Shown: positions 13,913 to 25,856 of the stretch, piece by piece
How positions within the stretch are numbered: the stretch's first letter is position 1
Layout: each line of letters begins with the position of its first letter
Source: Microbotryum violaceum
Taxonomy: Eukaryota
Assembly (NCBI GenBank): GCA_001244265.2
Contig: CDLV01000010.1
Coordinates: forward strand, 1,550,001 to 1,614,000
Length of the DNA stretch: 64,000 nucleotides
Direction: 5' to 3'
Program-made: the position numbers and the translations under genes
The notes under the pieces: generated by a model
What the model saw: only the letters and a program-made list of their open reading frames with translations
Told to the model about the DNA's origin: nothing
Database searches by the model: none

Positions 13913-14347
13913 GGCTTATTGGGGGAGTGATTCTGGGTGGATGGTTGAGGAGGTGGAGGGCGCTGAACGACTCGGAAGGTCGACTTGAGCTCCGCCGATG
14001 ACGATCGATCGCTTCAACTTCAAGTTTTCTGTGCCAGGTTCACTTGAAGGTGAATCATGGCAGTGGTACGATCACAGTCATCCATTTCGATTCAAAAATT
14101 TCGGAGATTTAGAAATTGAAAAAATGGCCTGAGAGCGATGTTTGCGATGTTTAGTGCACAGTCGTACAGCACGGCGCAGTTTATTTAAGGCGGAACCGCT
14201 CCCGACGGTCCGTGCCCGCGTAAAGGCGCCTGCCCGGTCAAGTGTGGTCGACTCGTTCGTTCACAGTTCTCGCGGCAATCATCCCCCCTGTCCCTCCTCC
14301 CACACCGGCCCTCCACCACCACCGCATCATCAGCTACCGAGCCAACC

Positions 14348-15145
14348 ATGTCCTACCGCGATCGACCTTCGTACGACTCGTCTCGTCGCACGCAAGACTA
14401 CCCAAGCCGTGACGGGCGTGATATTCGTGACTCGCGGGACTCGCGGGACTCGCGGGACTACTCCCGGTCGCACGGTGCCGGTGCATCAAGGGCAGCGACC
14501 TCTTATGCCGACTTGGATAGCAGCAACACAACATCCAACGGGGACAGGGACAGACGACGCTACGACGACGACTACGCTCGAGATGATCGACGTGGCAGCG
14601 ACGGTGGTGCGAGGAGGAGACGGGCTGATGACAGTGACGAAGCTTCCTACGCTTCGACTGCACGACAAGCATCGCCACCTCGACGCAGGCGATACGAAGA
14701 GGATGGTATACGATCCAGTCACGACTCGCGACGAGGTGCAAGTGGGAGGGACTACCCTTCTTCTTCGAGGAACGGGGAGCGTAGGGATCGGTCGCGCTCT
14801 CGCTCTCGTTCACCCCCCAGTCGAAGATCGGATCATCAACGACGTCCCTCTCCACCTTCAAGACCTCGAGACCCTCATCAGCAACGACGAGCTTCTTCCT
14901 CTCGATCCGCCTCCCCGAACGCCTCCAAGGCCAAGGGTGACGCCCCCACTCAGGCCGAGGAAGAGGACGAGGACGATTCGGCCGCGGCGATGGCGGCGAT
15001 GATGGGCTTTTCGTCGTTTGATTCAACGCATGCCAAGCACGTGCAGGAGGATTTGGCTGACGTCGAGATCAAGAAGCCAAGGACCCACCGTCAGTACATG
15101 AATAGGCTCGGTGGATTCAATAGGCCGCTCGACAAGATCAAGTAG
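14348..15145 (+). CDS. SNRNP27: U4/U6.U5 tri-snRNP 27 kDa protein (RS/RD-rich)
   Basis: RS/RD-rich N-terminus and the conserved C-terminus MAAMMGFSSFDST..KKPRTHRQYMNRLGGFNRPLD. Confidence 0.9.
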   Translation: MSYRDRPSYDSSRRTQDYPSRDGRDIRDSRDSRDSRDYSRSHGAGASRAATSYADLDSSNTTSNGDRDRRRYDDDYARDDRRGSDGGARRRRADDSDEASYASTARQASPPRRRRYEEDGIRSSHDSRRGASGRDYPSSSRNGERRDRSRSRSRSPPSRRSDHQRRPSPPSRPRDPHQQRRASSSRSASPNASKAKGDAPTQAEEEDEDDSAAAMAAMMGFSSFDSTHAKHVQEDLADVEIKKPRTHRQYMNRLGGFNRPLDKIK

Positions 15146-15513
15146 ATGGAGCTGGTTCGGTTAGAAGTATAATTGAAATATCCCTCTAAAAACAGTGCAA
15201 TGTATCTGTGAACTGGCAGTTTTTGTTTTCGAGCGAGAGCATGGTCTGTGCGTTTACAGGAGCTGGATTCTGAGTTCGAGCGTTTTGGCTCGTTGAGTGT
15301 GCACTCATCCTCTTCTGCCCGAGCCGTCGAAGCAAAACCCAGTATCTTGACTGCACACGCCACTCCGACCAATACGTAAAAATCTGATGACATGAATAGC
15401 TCGAAGGCCACGTCGTGCTAAATCATGAATGGGTCCGAAGAAGGTGTCTACTCGGTCGCACCATCCCCACCCCTCGATCAGGTTTCGGGTCTGAACGTGC
15501 TTTTGAATGCTCC

Positions 15514-15681
15514 ACTCATTGATTGAAGGAGAAACCCTCGCCACTACTACCCCGGTCCTAAGGTCGCCAGGGAGGGCCAAGTCCTAAGTGAAAAATAGTT
15601 TCTCTGCTGTCTTTCGTCATTATACCGTTCGATTATCCTGATATTTGGAATCATCCCGTTAGTTTAGCGGGATCCCACTGG
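15514..15681 (+). mobile_element. Non-autonomous mini-Helitron, copy 1 (~170 bp)
   Basis: 5' part matches 20281-20342 and 3' part matches 22281-22393. Ends with hairpin CCCGTTA-GTT-TAGCGGG, then CTGG|T. Near-identical to 23312-23484. Confidence 0.8.
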
Positions 15682-15984
15682 TTGTGTTTAGTTCAGATAG
15701 CTCGCGGCGCGCGCCTGGAACCTCTCTTGGCTGCCCTCAGGTACTCAGGTCATTGACCCGAGGTTCTAGATCTAGACGTGGGTTACTACCACTTGGTCCT
15801 GTATATCGTTTTTTTCTGGAGCACGGCTGCACGCGATGCTTCCACAGAAGAGGAAATTGCAGCAAAGAGGGCCCCGTAATCTGGTGGTGTGAGAATGACG
15901 ACCGATATAAAAAGGATGCGGGGAAGGAGAGCGCAATGATGGAGCGGCAGAAAGAAGCAATTACAGAACGGAGGCAAGGACCTC

Positions 15985-18022
15985 TTATTGAAGCAGCAAG
16001 GGGTCAATTTTGGCCTTGGCGACGCCAATAGCCGGGCCTATCTTGCCGTGCGCGAATGAATGCGCGACGTAAAAGGTCTGAAAAGAGGGTCGCCACGACG
16101 ACGATACGTCGCACGAGAGGTCAGTGATGTGCTTTTGGTATCGCGGGTCGGAGACTAGATCAAAGCGCTTGTACCAACCTCCATTGCCAGAGATCCAAGC
16201 ATGATTTCAGGGTAATCCGTTGGTTCGATTGCTAAAAGACACGTGCTCAAGTTGCTTTGGAGGTCTGATAAAAGAACGCAGCATGTTCATAACGGGTCAG
16301 CTGGCCGGATTTGGGCAAGCAAGTTCAGACCAAAAGGTGGCCTGGGACGTGGACCGAAGCTTACTTCCGATGTTGAGCGACGACAAGGGCATTTCCATGT
16401 TCTGACCGCCGATATTGAAGCCGAATGTTGTGTTCTTGATCTTTTCGCACGCGACCTGGTATAAGGGGCTTTCCTTTTTAACTACGAAGGCGCCGATTGC
16501 AGCGCCGAGCGAGGATGGGATGATTGTGAAACTGCGAATTACGCGTTCGCCTTGTCAGCTCAAGCACAAATCACCGCAACGAGAACGACTTACGGTGACC
16601 AGGTTTGGAAATAAACGGTCTTGGTGCCGTTTTGCGCGACAGGCTGCCCATTTTTCGTGAAGGCTGTGGTCTTGATCATCCACGAGGTCGAATTCACGCC
16701 CTCCAGGAGGGGAGCCCACGCTATTTGGCCCTTGTAAGCGCTATGATCGATCGCACCGATATCGACCGTGCCGCCAGTATCGGTGAGAGAAACGGCAAAC
16801 AAGGGCTGGGCAATCGCGTTGGAGCTGATAAGGGTTTGCACCAAGGTCGGAGGGTTCGAGTTAATTCCCAGACCCAAAAAGCCACAAGCCCCAATCTGCA
16901 ACTCCATGTGATCTTCCAGGTTCTCTCCATTGGTTGTGGTCGTGAAAGATACGAAGGATTGGTTCGCGACCTCCAAGCCACCAAAAGTCACCGAGTCTTG
17001 ATAGTAGTCGCCCTTCGCTATGCCTGTCAGCAGGGCCAAGATTAGTATTAGCGAACGCCAGGGAGCTATGTCGCCAGAGTGTAGGGGTGTCCTTACCATC
17101 TCCGGCTGTGTAGGAGGCCCCTTTGATAGCGTGAGGCGATTTGGTCGGATCGTAGGTACTATTGCACTTCGTGGGTGACCCCTTGGCGTAGACCTCCAGT
17201 CTTTGGTGCGTAGATTCAATGGCAGAAACGCAAGTCAGTTTTCAGTGGTTCATTAGCCGAATCTGACAAGCATAATTGGGGAACGTACTTGGGGCCATCC
17301 GTGTCGAGCACGAGATTGCTGATCTTTTGCGACCCGCCGGGACCAAGCCCAATCGTTCCGGTCCAGGAGCCGTCTGAGTAAGCTATCAGAGGCATTGCTC
17401 CCGACCTTAAGGCCCTTCCCACGACCCTCGCTTTTTTGGCGTGGAACATGTCCTCCGTCTCTTGAGCTCGCTTCAAGAGATTCAAGTGAGCAGTTTGGTC
17501 TCTTGTGGCGGCCACGGCTTGAGCTTGGCGACGTTGATGATGTTGCTTGATGGCGCGCTTGACGAGTCTACGGAGATGGACAACAAATTGAAGAGGTGAT
17601 ATTGTGAGGCGTCAGTAAGTTGCATCTTTATATTCTAGACTAGATCAACTTGGAGGGGAACGGGAAAGCAGAAGGTGCGGTGTGATCGGAGATCGAGCGC
17701 TCGAGCCTCGAACTAGCGCTGCGCACGCGGGAAGACCAATTTTAGGGCACCCCGTGATTCTCATTCGTCGAGTTTTGAGGCGTTTCGCAAAATATGAGGA
17801 TGGGAGAAGCTCGGATCTCAGATGACCGAGACATGGTAGCTGATGCAGTACTCACTCCACGTTCACGGTTCCATCAGGGCGGAGCAAGTCACGGCGCTGT
17901 GCAGTCCTGACGTCGAGCTTGAACGAGCGCGGCTGGTGGTTGCGGGGGGCTGCATCGTGGTGGGCCTGAGTAAGCTGGCCCAACAGGGGGACGAGGGCGA
18001 ACAAGGCCGAGGGGACTCGCAT
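15985..18022 (-). CDS. Secreted pepsin-like (A1) aspartic protease homolog, probably catalytically inactive, multi-exon
   Basis: Signal peptide MRVPSALFALVPLLGQLTQA, propeptide, W-TGTIGLG, YDPTKS, GDYYQDSVTFGGL..NQSF, GFLGLG, PLFAVSL..GGTVDIGAIDHSAYKGQIAW, YQVAC, C-LLAI..IMLG..FYV..IGVA. The two catalytic positions read DTDG and QTWS. Confidence 0.8.
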
Positions 18023-18196
18023 CTTTGCGAGGGAATGGCGGGGCGAAGGTACACCGGGTGAAGGAGGGTTCAGATGGAAGGAAAGGAGACGTCGGAGGCA
18101 AGTGGACCGCACGTGAAAGTTGCTAGATGTGAAGCCGGAAAGAGGGAAGAGTGATATGTGGGACCGAACGGCTCGTTCAGTTCTAGGGTTGGAGAT

Positions 18197-18221
18197 GAGA
18201 GAGAGAAAGAGAGAGAGAGAG
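18197..18221. repeat. (GA)n microsatellite upstream of the protease-like gene
   Basis: gagagagagaaagagagagagagag. Confidence 0.7.
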
Positions 18222-20117
18222 GAAGAGGAAGAACCCCTGAGTCGCACACTTTCTCGGGGATCATTTTTTCGGCCCTTCCGAGGTTGGGATCCAAAATGGA
18301 CAGGTCGACGGGGGCCCCTCCGTTAGTCGATTCACAGCTTCGAATCGCGCTACGAAACTCGACTAGCGGCCGGGTGCTTAGGTCGTCGATTGCGCCATGT
18401 GGGTTCTCCGTTACTCCGAATTCAGACTCATTGAGATGGATCTGTGATAATGTGTCCTCCCATAACCGCCTGTCTCAATTTCTCGCGATCTGATTTGGTT
18501 CAACCGCCACCGTTCAAAGCAGCTGAGCGGGCAGCTCCAGCCTCCACTGCCGACTTTATATTGGTAAGCACGTACACAGGAAAGACATGGGAGCTAGAGC
18601 ATTCCTTCAAGATCGACCCTAGCCGAAATTTGAAGCGTCAATTCCGAAGAAACGGTTTGAAGTTGAGATGAAACGCGCTACGCAAGGCGAGACTCGGTGC
18701 GGCTAGCCGCGATCACGATAGGGGCGCCAAAGGCCGCCCTTCGGCTTTTACTGACAGTTGGCAACTGGCAGTGCGAGGGACAGGTGATGCGATTATGCTT
18801 CTGATAAGAGCCGACTTTTCTTCGAGTATTTGGTGTTTGCGGGTGTCGAGCTATACACTTTACAGCGCCACGTCGTACGAAAGAGGTCTGAGCTACGAGC
18901 CAGATCCCTCTTCGGATGAAAAGGTAAAGTAAGGCGCTTGCCCTCAAAGGAAAGGGCAGAGACTGGATTAGAAATGGAAAACTAAATTAGTCATTTACCT
19001 GTTTGACCTTGCTGTTTTTTCAACGCTTTGCCTTTTTTTTACCGATATTGTATCAGATGGAGTTCGGGCATCCGCTAAACTCCCTTCTCCACTGAACTAG
19101 CTACGCTGATTCCACTGATTCGGCGACAATCACAATCATAGCCGATCAAGGGCTGCGTAAGAGCACAGTACTGAGCACACTCCTTCTTGACGGTCGAGCG
19201 GACCGGGACGAGAACACGTATCGCCGGGCTTCAAGCGCAGTTTTCTGGGTTGGAGGCGATCCCAAATTGTTCAACCTCCAAAGCCGTGCCGTCAAATCAG
19301 CTCAGACCCCGTGCATACATTGTAGACTGAAATTGCGAACTACATATGTAGTCGGCTCGACGATGAAACTCGCTCAAACGTAACGCAGTGAACAAGGATG
19401 AATCCGGTAGGCCCCCGCTCGAGTTTAAAACCGGCCCCAGAGTCAGATCTCACCTGTGATCTCAGATCTCAGACGTCGTAGGGGCTCACCCGTTCCCCAC
19501 GGCGCTTAACCTGCTGAGACAACGTTCGCGCGGGACGGCAGTCGGTGGCATGCGCACGCCATTACTAAGTATAGACCACGGAACGAGAGCTGCCTTCACC
19601 TGCATTTTTGTCAGTTTTGGTACGCCTTATCCATCCTCGAGCTTGCCAGCGCCAGCCGAGCTTGCTGCGCACCTTAAGACAGCCCCGGAGGTGCTGTAAG
19701 GTATGCGCCTCTGATTACCCTAACTAGTAAAAAAAAAGTGTGAGTTAAGGAATGTACCTAAAATCGCTGTTTTTAACTGGGTTGCGGCCCTCCGGGCCGC
19801 CTGTGGTGGATGTACCAGCATACTGTTGTGTCTGCCGCACCTGCCTGTGGTGTCCATGTTCCGATCAGAAGTCATGTACAAGCGCTGTGGTGACTTTTGT
19901 ATTTTCCGCGCCGTTCCAACGAAGCTACAGCGCTCCCAGTATTTTCCTTCACTTTTTCGCTCACATAAAACAATGCTTCCACTCATATTGCATTTAATGA
20001 ACCGCAAGCGCGTGGCTTTGCATGATATTGCTTCTACAGCAGAGCTTTGCCTGACGTGCGAGGCGAGGGCTGGCGTTTGTCACGTGATGCGGTGCGCCGG
20101 CGGTGGAGTGTCATTCC

Positions 20118-20199
20118 GGCAGTCGACCAGCGGCATTAGGGGCTGAACAACCAATTTGCCCGTATGGCATTCGACCAGCGGCATTAGGGGCTGAACAAC
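20118..20199. repeat. 34-bp direct repeat (one mismatch), 48-bp period, just upstream of the Helitron
   Basis: ggca[g/t]tcgaccagcggcattaggggctgaacaac at 20118-20151 and 20166-20199. Confidence 0.8.
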
Positions 20200-20280
20200 A
20201 AATCAAACCACGTAAATAATCCTGCGCCACTCCCTCGAACCTTTCCTTTCTCCCTCCCACTCTCATCCAATTTTAGTGAC

Positions 20281-22393
20281 ACTCATTCAAGAACAAACCT
20301 TCGCTAGTATGCCCCGGTCCCAAGGTCGCCAGGGAGGGCCATCGCAACCTCGCCAAGTCTTGGGCGCGAGGGTAGCGCCGTAGCGCGGTACCACGGGCCC
20401 GCGGCTCGACCCTCCTCTTCGTCCCGCTCCGATCAACAGAATCAGCCCCCCGGCGCGTCATGACAACAATTTAACCGATCTTGGCATTGCGACACGTATA
20501 CGAGCCCGCCGTGCAGCTGTGCAGAACGGACAGCGTCGTCAGCGCGATGGCCAACTCGACGCTGGGCTCGCCCCACCACCACCTCCGCAAAGGCGAGTGC
20601 GCCGGGCTCGAATCGCGCTCAAACCCCTCAAGCCCACGTTTCGATCCGCGACGACCTCGGCCCGCAGACGGCCGTGTGCACCCACTGCAAGGCTCGGCAC
20701 TGGGAGTGCGAAAGGTCCAAGTCGACCAGACACTTCGGCGCGTGCTGCTCGCAGGGCAAGGTGCGGCTACCTCCCCCTCCCCAGCCCAATCTCGAGTATC
20801 GGCAGCTTCTTCAAGGCTCGGATAGCGGTCAGTTGCTCCGTCCAACAACGTTCGTCTGCAGTGGACCCACATGCTGAACTGTTCTACCCACCCACACAGA
20901 AGCTAAAGCATTCCGCGAGAATGCCCGGTCGTACAACAACGCGTTGTCGTTCACTTCGCTCGCTGCCCTCTGGGACCAAACTCAAGTGGGCACGCTAGGA
21001 CCCCCCGTGTTTCGCGTGTTTGGTCGCCTCTACCATCGACTCGGCGCCCTGATCCCTGCCGTGACTCAACGCCCAACCTTTGCTCAAACATGGCTGATCG
21101 ACCCGGCCGAGGCCACCGACACTCGACTTGGACCCGACGGCGCAGACAGTCGCATGCAACGATCTACTTTGACCAAGCTCGAGTCCATTCTGCGCACCGG
21201 CCATCGCTTTGTGAGGGAGTTCGCATCGGCCAAAGCTCGCGCAAGTTGGGATACGGCCAAAGAGTGGATCCTGCGCCTCTGCCTCCCGCCAGGCCGGGAC
21301 CGACGTACCCACAACCTTCCTACGTCAAGCACGGAAATGGCGATGCTTATCTGCGATTCCGACACCAACATGGGAGATCGTGGACCTCAAGACCGTATTC
21401 TCCAGGTGCACGGTGATCGATGTCCCGATGGTCGGCCCCAAGTACCAAGTCATCAGCTCGCTCCATCCGTCTGCGTTGCCTCTACGGTAGCCACTACTAT
21501 TTCCTGCAGGGGAAGATGGCTTCCACCCCAACATTTCTCTTTGCGGATTTCGCCAAGCTGGGCTGCCAATCACCAGAAACCGAGAGCAGATCGACAATGG
21601 TGTCCAACCGCGCGAGGTACTTGCGGGTCTCAGTCTTGATGACGGAGGCGAAGAGGAGGAGGAAGACCGCGACGATGAGGATGAAGACGGCGAGGAAGGG
21701 GACGAAGAGGATGGTGATGGCGAACGTACGCTTCTTCAGCTCTTTCTCTGATGTTCCATTCTGTCTAAGGCGCAAGCACAGACTGACATTGAACTTTTGA
21801 ACACCTAGGACGAAGGTCAAGTAAAGGGGTCGAGGTGGCGAGTCTCGCGTTCACCATTATTTGCGCACTACTTGCCAAACGCGACGAGTACTTCTCAATC
21901 CCGCATTGCACCCAACGTCCCATCCTGGAGTTTGTGATTTACGGATATCCTCCCAAGTCGAGACCGATCGACTCAACACATCCGATTGCATCAAGAGAAC
22001 CTACGCCTCACCACGACCCAAGGCATCAACGGCTTGACCCCGAACCAAATCGCGACATCACGCAGCGATACCAGGATGCGATGGCGTGTGTTGTCAAAGA
22101 GGAAAAGCCTCCGCTGCTGATCACGATGACGTACGACCCCGACTCACCGGAAACCAAGGCTGCACTGGGGCCGATAGCGCATGCAACCGTCCGGATCTCA
22201 TCGCACGAGTGTTTGAAGCCAATTCCGGCAACAAGCGACACGCAGGCTGTTTCGGCGATGAATGTAAGATGAATGGATTTTGTTTCTTTGCTGTACTTCG
22301 TGTTTAACCTCTGCGCTAATATCATGTAGACTGTTCGATTATCCTGCTATTTTTTGAATTTCATCCTCCGTTAATTTAACGGGTTCCCACTGG
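20281..22393 (+). mobile_element. Internally deleted, degenerate Helitron (Rep N-terminal region only; helicase missing)
   Basis: Motifs across frameshifts: CTHCKARHW..CCSQGKVRLP (Zn finger), FRENARSYNNALSFTSL, GPPVFRVFGRLYHRLGAL, FAQ-W-ID, HNLPTSSTEMAMLI, LHPSALPLRYPLLFPAGEDGFH, YQDAMA..KP-LLITMT, RPDLIARVF. 3' hairpin CCGTTAATTTAACGG (22368-22382) then CTGG|T. The true 5' end may lie at A|TC 20219/20220. Confidence 0.9.
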
Positions 22394-23311
22394 TGTGCAT
22401 AAAATACAATCTGTTGTTCTTGACCACTAGACTAAAAGCAAGTCGTTACTAGAACTCGGCTACTCAGAGGCTACTTATAGGGCTGTTCTGTAAGGCATCC
22501 CCTTACAGGTGCGGTGCTCGCAAGAGAGGCCGAGCGTTTCGGGCCGGGACGCCCATGCTGACCCCAGTGTTGTCGTGACTATGTTCAGGTGGCTTTATTT
22601 TTGGGTGATCGGTGGAGCTGAAGCTTCCTTTTTTGACTTCGAGGCACGGATTATCTTGTGCCGCTGATAACAACTAACTAAACGGGTTGCGGTTGTCACC
22701 GGCGACGTTTCGGTATCGATCTGCGTCGCTCGTGGCAGCGCATCAGAAACCAAAGGGAAGCTGCGCCAGCCTGAGGCCCAAATGACTGATGATCATATCT
22801 GTTGACTCATGTTTGAATTCGCCAGATACAATGCTACTGAAATCAACGGTGTATTTCCCATGCCAGTACGTGTAGGCGGCCCATGCTTTCGCTCATGAGC
22901 TAACTCGCAATGTCGTACCATGATGCTGGATCTTGCAGAACTAGCTCTACATAATCGGATACCGGTCCGCCGACGCCGGTGGGATGCGCCTTGCAAGCCA
23001 AGTATCAAGGAGGCATTTATTGCATCAGCTTGCTGAATCGTTCGCTCATCAGGTCGCTGCTTTCCCTCGGCACACTCGTCGGCGCTCTCTCGGGTGGGAA
23101 AGACAGAATTTGATAGTCCTGATCCCGCGAGCGAGCCCGAACCCAGGTCTTTTCCTCCCCTTTGCTTCTGTATTGGCAAGTGTGTACCTGCGTTTTTATA
23201 TCTCATACAATTGACGCGGTTTATCGAGCCCACTCCGAGGCAGGCTTCTGTCACTGGCGAGGTGGGTGTCACGAGGAGGTGGTCACGACCTGCGCACTTC
23301 CAGTGGGCATA

Positions 23312-23484
23312 ACTCATTCAAGGAGAAACCCTCGCCACTATGCCCCAGTCCTAAGGTCGCCAGGGAGGGCCAAGTGCTAAGTGAAAGATAGTTTCTCTGC
23401 TGTTCTCTGCTGTCTTTCGTCATTATACCGTTCGATACTCCTGCTATTTGGAACCCTCCCGTTAATTTAACGGGATCCCACTGG
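23312..23484 (+). mobile_element. Non-autonomous mini-Helitron, copy 2 (~173 bp)
   Basis: Same 5'+3' junction as copy 1. Hairpin CCCGTTAA-T-TTAACGGG, then CTGG|T. Confidence 0.8.
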
Positions 23485-23876
23485 TTATGACTTAAAACTT
23501 AGAACTTTACCTCCATCCTCTGCAGCTATGTTGACGCGCCAAATCGCAAAATAAATTATGTAAGAGAGTTAAAAAAGGAATGCTTATTGCCGGCTCGGAA
23601 CGCGTCAGAATGCCAACACAGGGGTAGGACGATCAGAGCGCCTTCCTCGTTTCGCATGCTACTTCGGGACTGCTCCTGTCATATAGGTCTCTGTCAGTAC
23701 GTCCGGAGTCTACCCTCGCCGGGCCAAAGCGATCACCTCGTTCTGTCTCGGTCTGCTTTGCAAAAATTGGAGAAATCCGGTCTTACAGTTAGTTCTGTCT
23801 AAACAGCAAAAAGAGGCATTGCTGCAACTCTTCTCAAGCAACGAGCCTAGTCGTCGTTGTGAAGAAACAAAAAAAA

Positions 23877-23976
23877 AGGTGCGACTGGGATTTGAACCCA
23901 GGAGCCAAATGGCAGCGACATGCCACTTGAGGAAACCGATAGTAAATCGCCGGAGTAACCACTGTCCCACCGCACC
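23877..23976 (-). tRNA. Type-II (long variable arm) tRNA-Ser-like gene, anticodon ACT, 19-nt intron (23921-23939); possibly a pseudogene
   Basis: Acceptor stem GGTGCGG/TCGCACC, D-arm GGACAGTGGTTACTCC, anticodon stem GCGAT/GTCGC with loop TT-ACT-A^T, variable arm GCCA-TT-TGGC, T-arm CTGGG-TTCAAAT-CCCAG. Downstream T-tract terminator and TATA-like CTTATATT at about -30. Confidence 0.85.
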
Positions 23977-24034
23977 CTAATGTATAGCCGGCAATACATT
24001 GCTGAATATAAGGCCAACACTTGAGGGTCGGGAC

Positions 24035-24039
24035 AAAAA

Positions 24040-24088
<49 letters not shown>
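24035..24088 (+). repeat. A22 followed by (CA)16 at the 5' junction of LINE-A
   Basis: Directly visible in the sequence. Confidence 0.9.
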
Positions 24089-24090
<2 letters not shown>

Positions 24091-24163
24091 GTGTGTACCG
24101 TCGTGTAGTGTGTACAGTCGCCCACCAACCGCTTCAAGAGCTACAGGACGTCGACAAGAAGTG

Positions 24164-25856
24164 ATGCCGGATCCGCCCGGCCCACCCCCGCACCCGCCCA
24201 ACGCTCCGTGGGCTGGTGACGTGTTGAGAGATGAATCACTCAACACGGAAACCCGTGAGACGGTCACTGGAGGAACCGTTAATCCTCCAGCCTGGTCTGC
24301 CCAGGCTTCTCAGGCTCGATTGGACCATGAGAAGTCGATGCAGAAGGCTTTCAAAGCCCTTGGCATCGTACCATCCTCCAAGTCGACCCGCCGGCTGATG
24401 GTACTGTTGCATGACCCTTCCAGCCCGCCTTCGCAGGCGCCGGCTCTCGCACGAGCTGCTCAAAGGGCGGTACGAAACGACGCGATGCCGGCCTCCAACG
24501 TGATCCGAGTCATCATGGATGGTACTGGGTCCCCAAGAGGCCCTGTACAGATTGCGCTGCGTAAGCACTTTGGGCTGGCCGAGACGCCATTCATGTTCGC
24601 GCGGCCCGAGGGCGCCGAGCTTGACCCCGAGGTCGAGAAGCTCTTCTCGAAATGTGTGAAGCTGAACCCGATCGTGACGAAGGCAACGAAGAGGTTCCCG
24701 ATTGCTCGTCATATGTACGAGCTCGTGTTCGAATCCGACCAGGCCTGTCTCGAAGCCGCTGCAGCGGGTCCATTCCCCTATCACGGAAAAGAGATGGTCA
24801 CCGAGCTCCCGAGTGTTTCCCCCCTAAACCACATCGTCCAGGTGCGATTCACCTTACCCTCCTCTTCCAGCGCGATTCCCGCTTCCGTGCTCCGAAAATC
24901 TCTCGACGCTGCTCTCACTTCCTCCTTCGGCCACGCTGGTTGCACGCAAGGGTATACCCTCATGCAACTACAGCGGGGCCTCGCGGTCGATCCGAACGGT
25001 GACCCGATGGCCATGACCGAAGACGGGTTCCACTGCGCGTACCTTCGCTTACATGCTGATCTTTTCCAAGGCTCCACCGAGACGCAGAAGGCTGCGCTCA
25101 ACGCCGCCTTGCCACAAGAGATCGAGATCCTGGGCGCCAAGTACGGCTTGCGACACGAATTTGAGACGCACTACTGCGCCGTGTGCGATCGCGCCGGACA
25201 CCAGTGGGGGCTTGCAGGAAGCCGGTTTCGATTCCGGCCACCGCCGCCCCTGTTCCGGGGGCCTCGACTTCGACTTCGACTTCGACCACCGGCTTCCGAG
25301 TTGCCGGAAAGAATGGGAAGCACGGTGGGCCTGCCGCATTGAACTCTCGTGCCCTGGCACGAACATGATCCAGCTTGGACCTCGTGCTAACCCCGCAGGT
25401 GCAGCGACCGGCAACAAGGACGATGCGAACGACGGCGACGGTGACGACGACGACGGCGACGGCGAATCGGTCGCTTCGACCGAACCGGAGGGCGGCGACA
25501 CTGGGAAAGAGATGTTGACCCGTGCGACCACGGGCCCAACAAAGGAGACGCAGACGACGACAGCGGCGCCCGTTTCGACCCCGACCTCTCCTTCGCCTTC
25601 TACTTCTGCTCCGGCATCGCCTTTGTCCGGTGGCACGTCGGAATCATCGGCAACCGCGACGACCTCGATAGCCTCAACGAGTCCTCGACGCCTTCGTTCG
25701 AGCTCGGCACCCGGCAACCGACGTGTCACCCGGGCGGGATCCGCCATGATCCACGGTGCATCAGGGGGTGACGACTCAGGGGGCAACAGTTCAGGGGGTC
25801 ACAGGTCCGAGATGACCGAATTCGAGGGGGGCGGCGCTGATCCAATTTATTCATGA
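24164..25856 (+). pseudogene. LINE-A ORF1 (nucleic-acid-binding protein with zinc knuckle), frameshifted
   Basis: CAVCDRAGH-x4-C is restored by adding one G to the G-run at ~25205-25210. Acidic and S/T-rich tail with RRVTR. Stop TGA overlaps the ORF2 ATG (ATGA). Confidence 0.75.

Noticed and set aside
14334-15026. Antisense and alternate-frame ORFs over SNRNP27 (and similar shadows over the LINEs and GYP7)
   Set aside because: Shadow ORFs produced by codon bias in the real coding frame.
15514-22393. Helitron capture of the protease-like gene
   Set aside because: The upstream mini-element has its own complete 3' terminus, and there is no evidence the whole interval moved as a unit.
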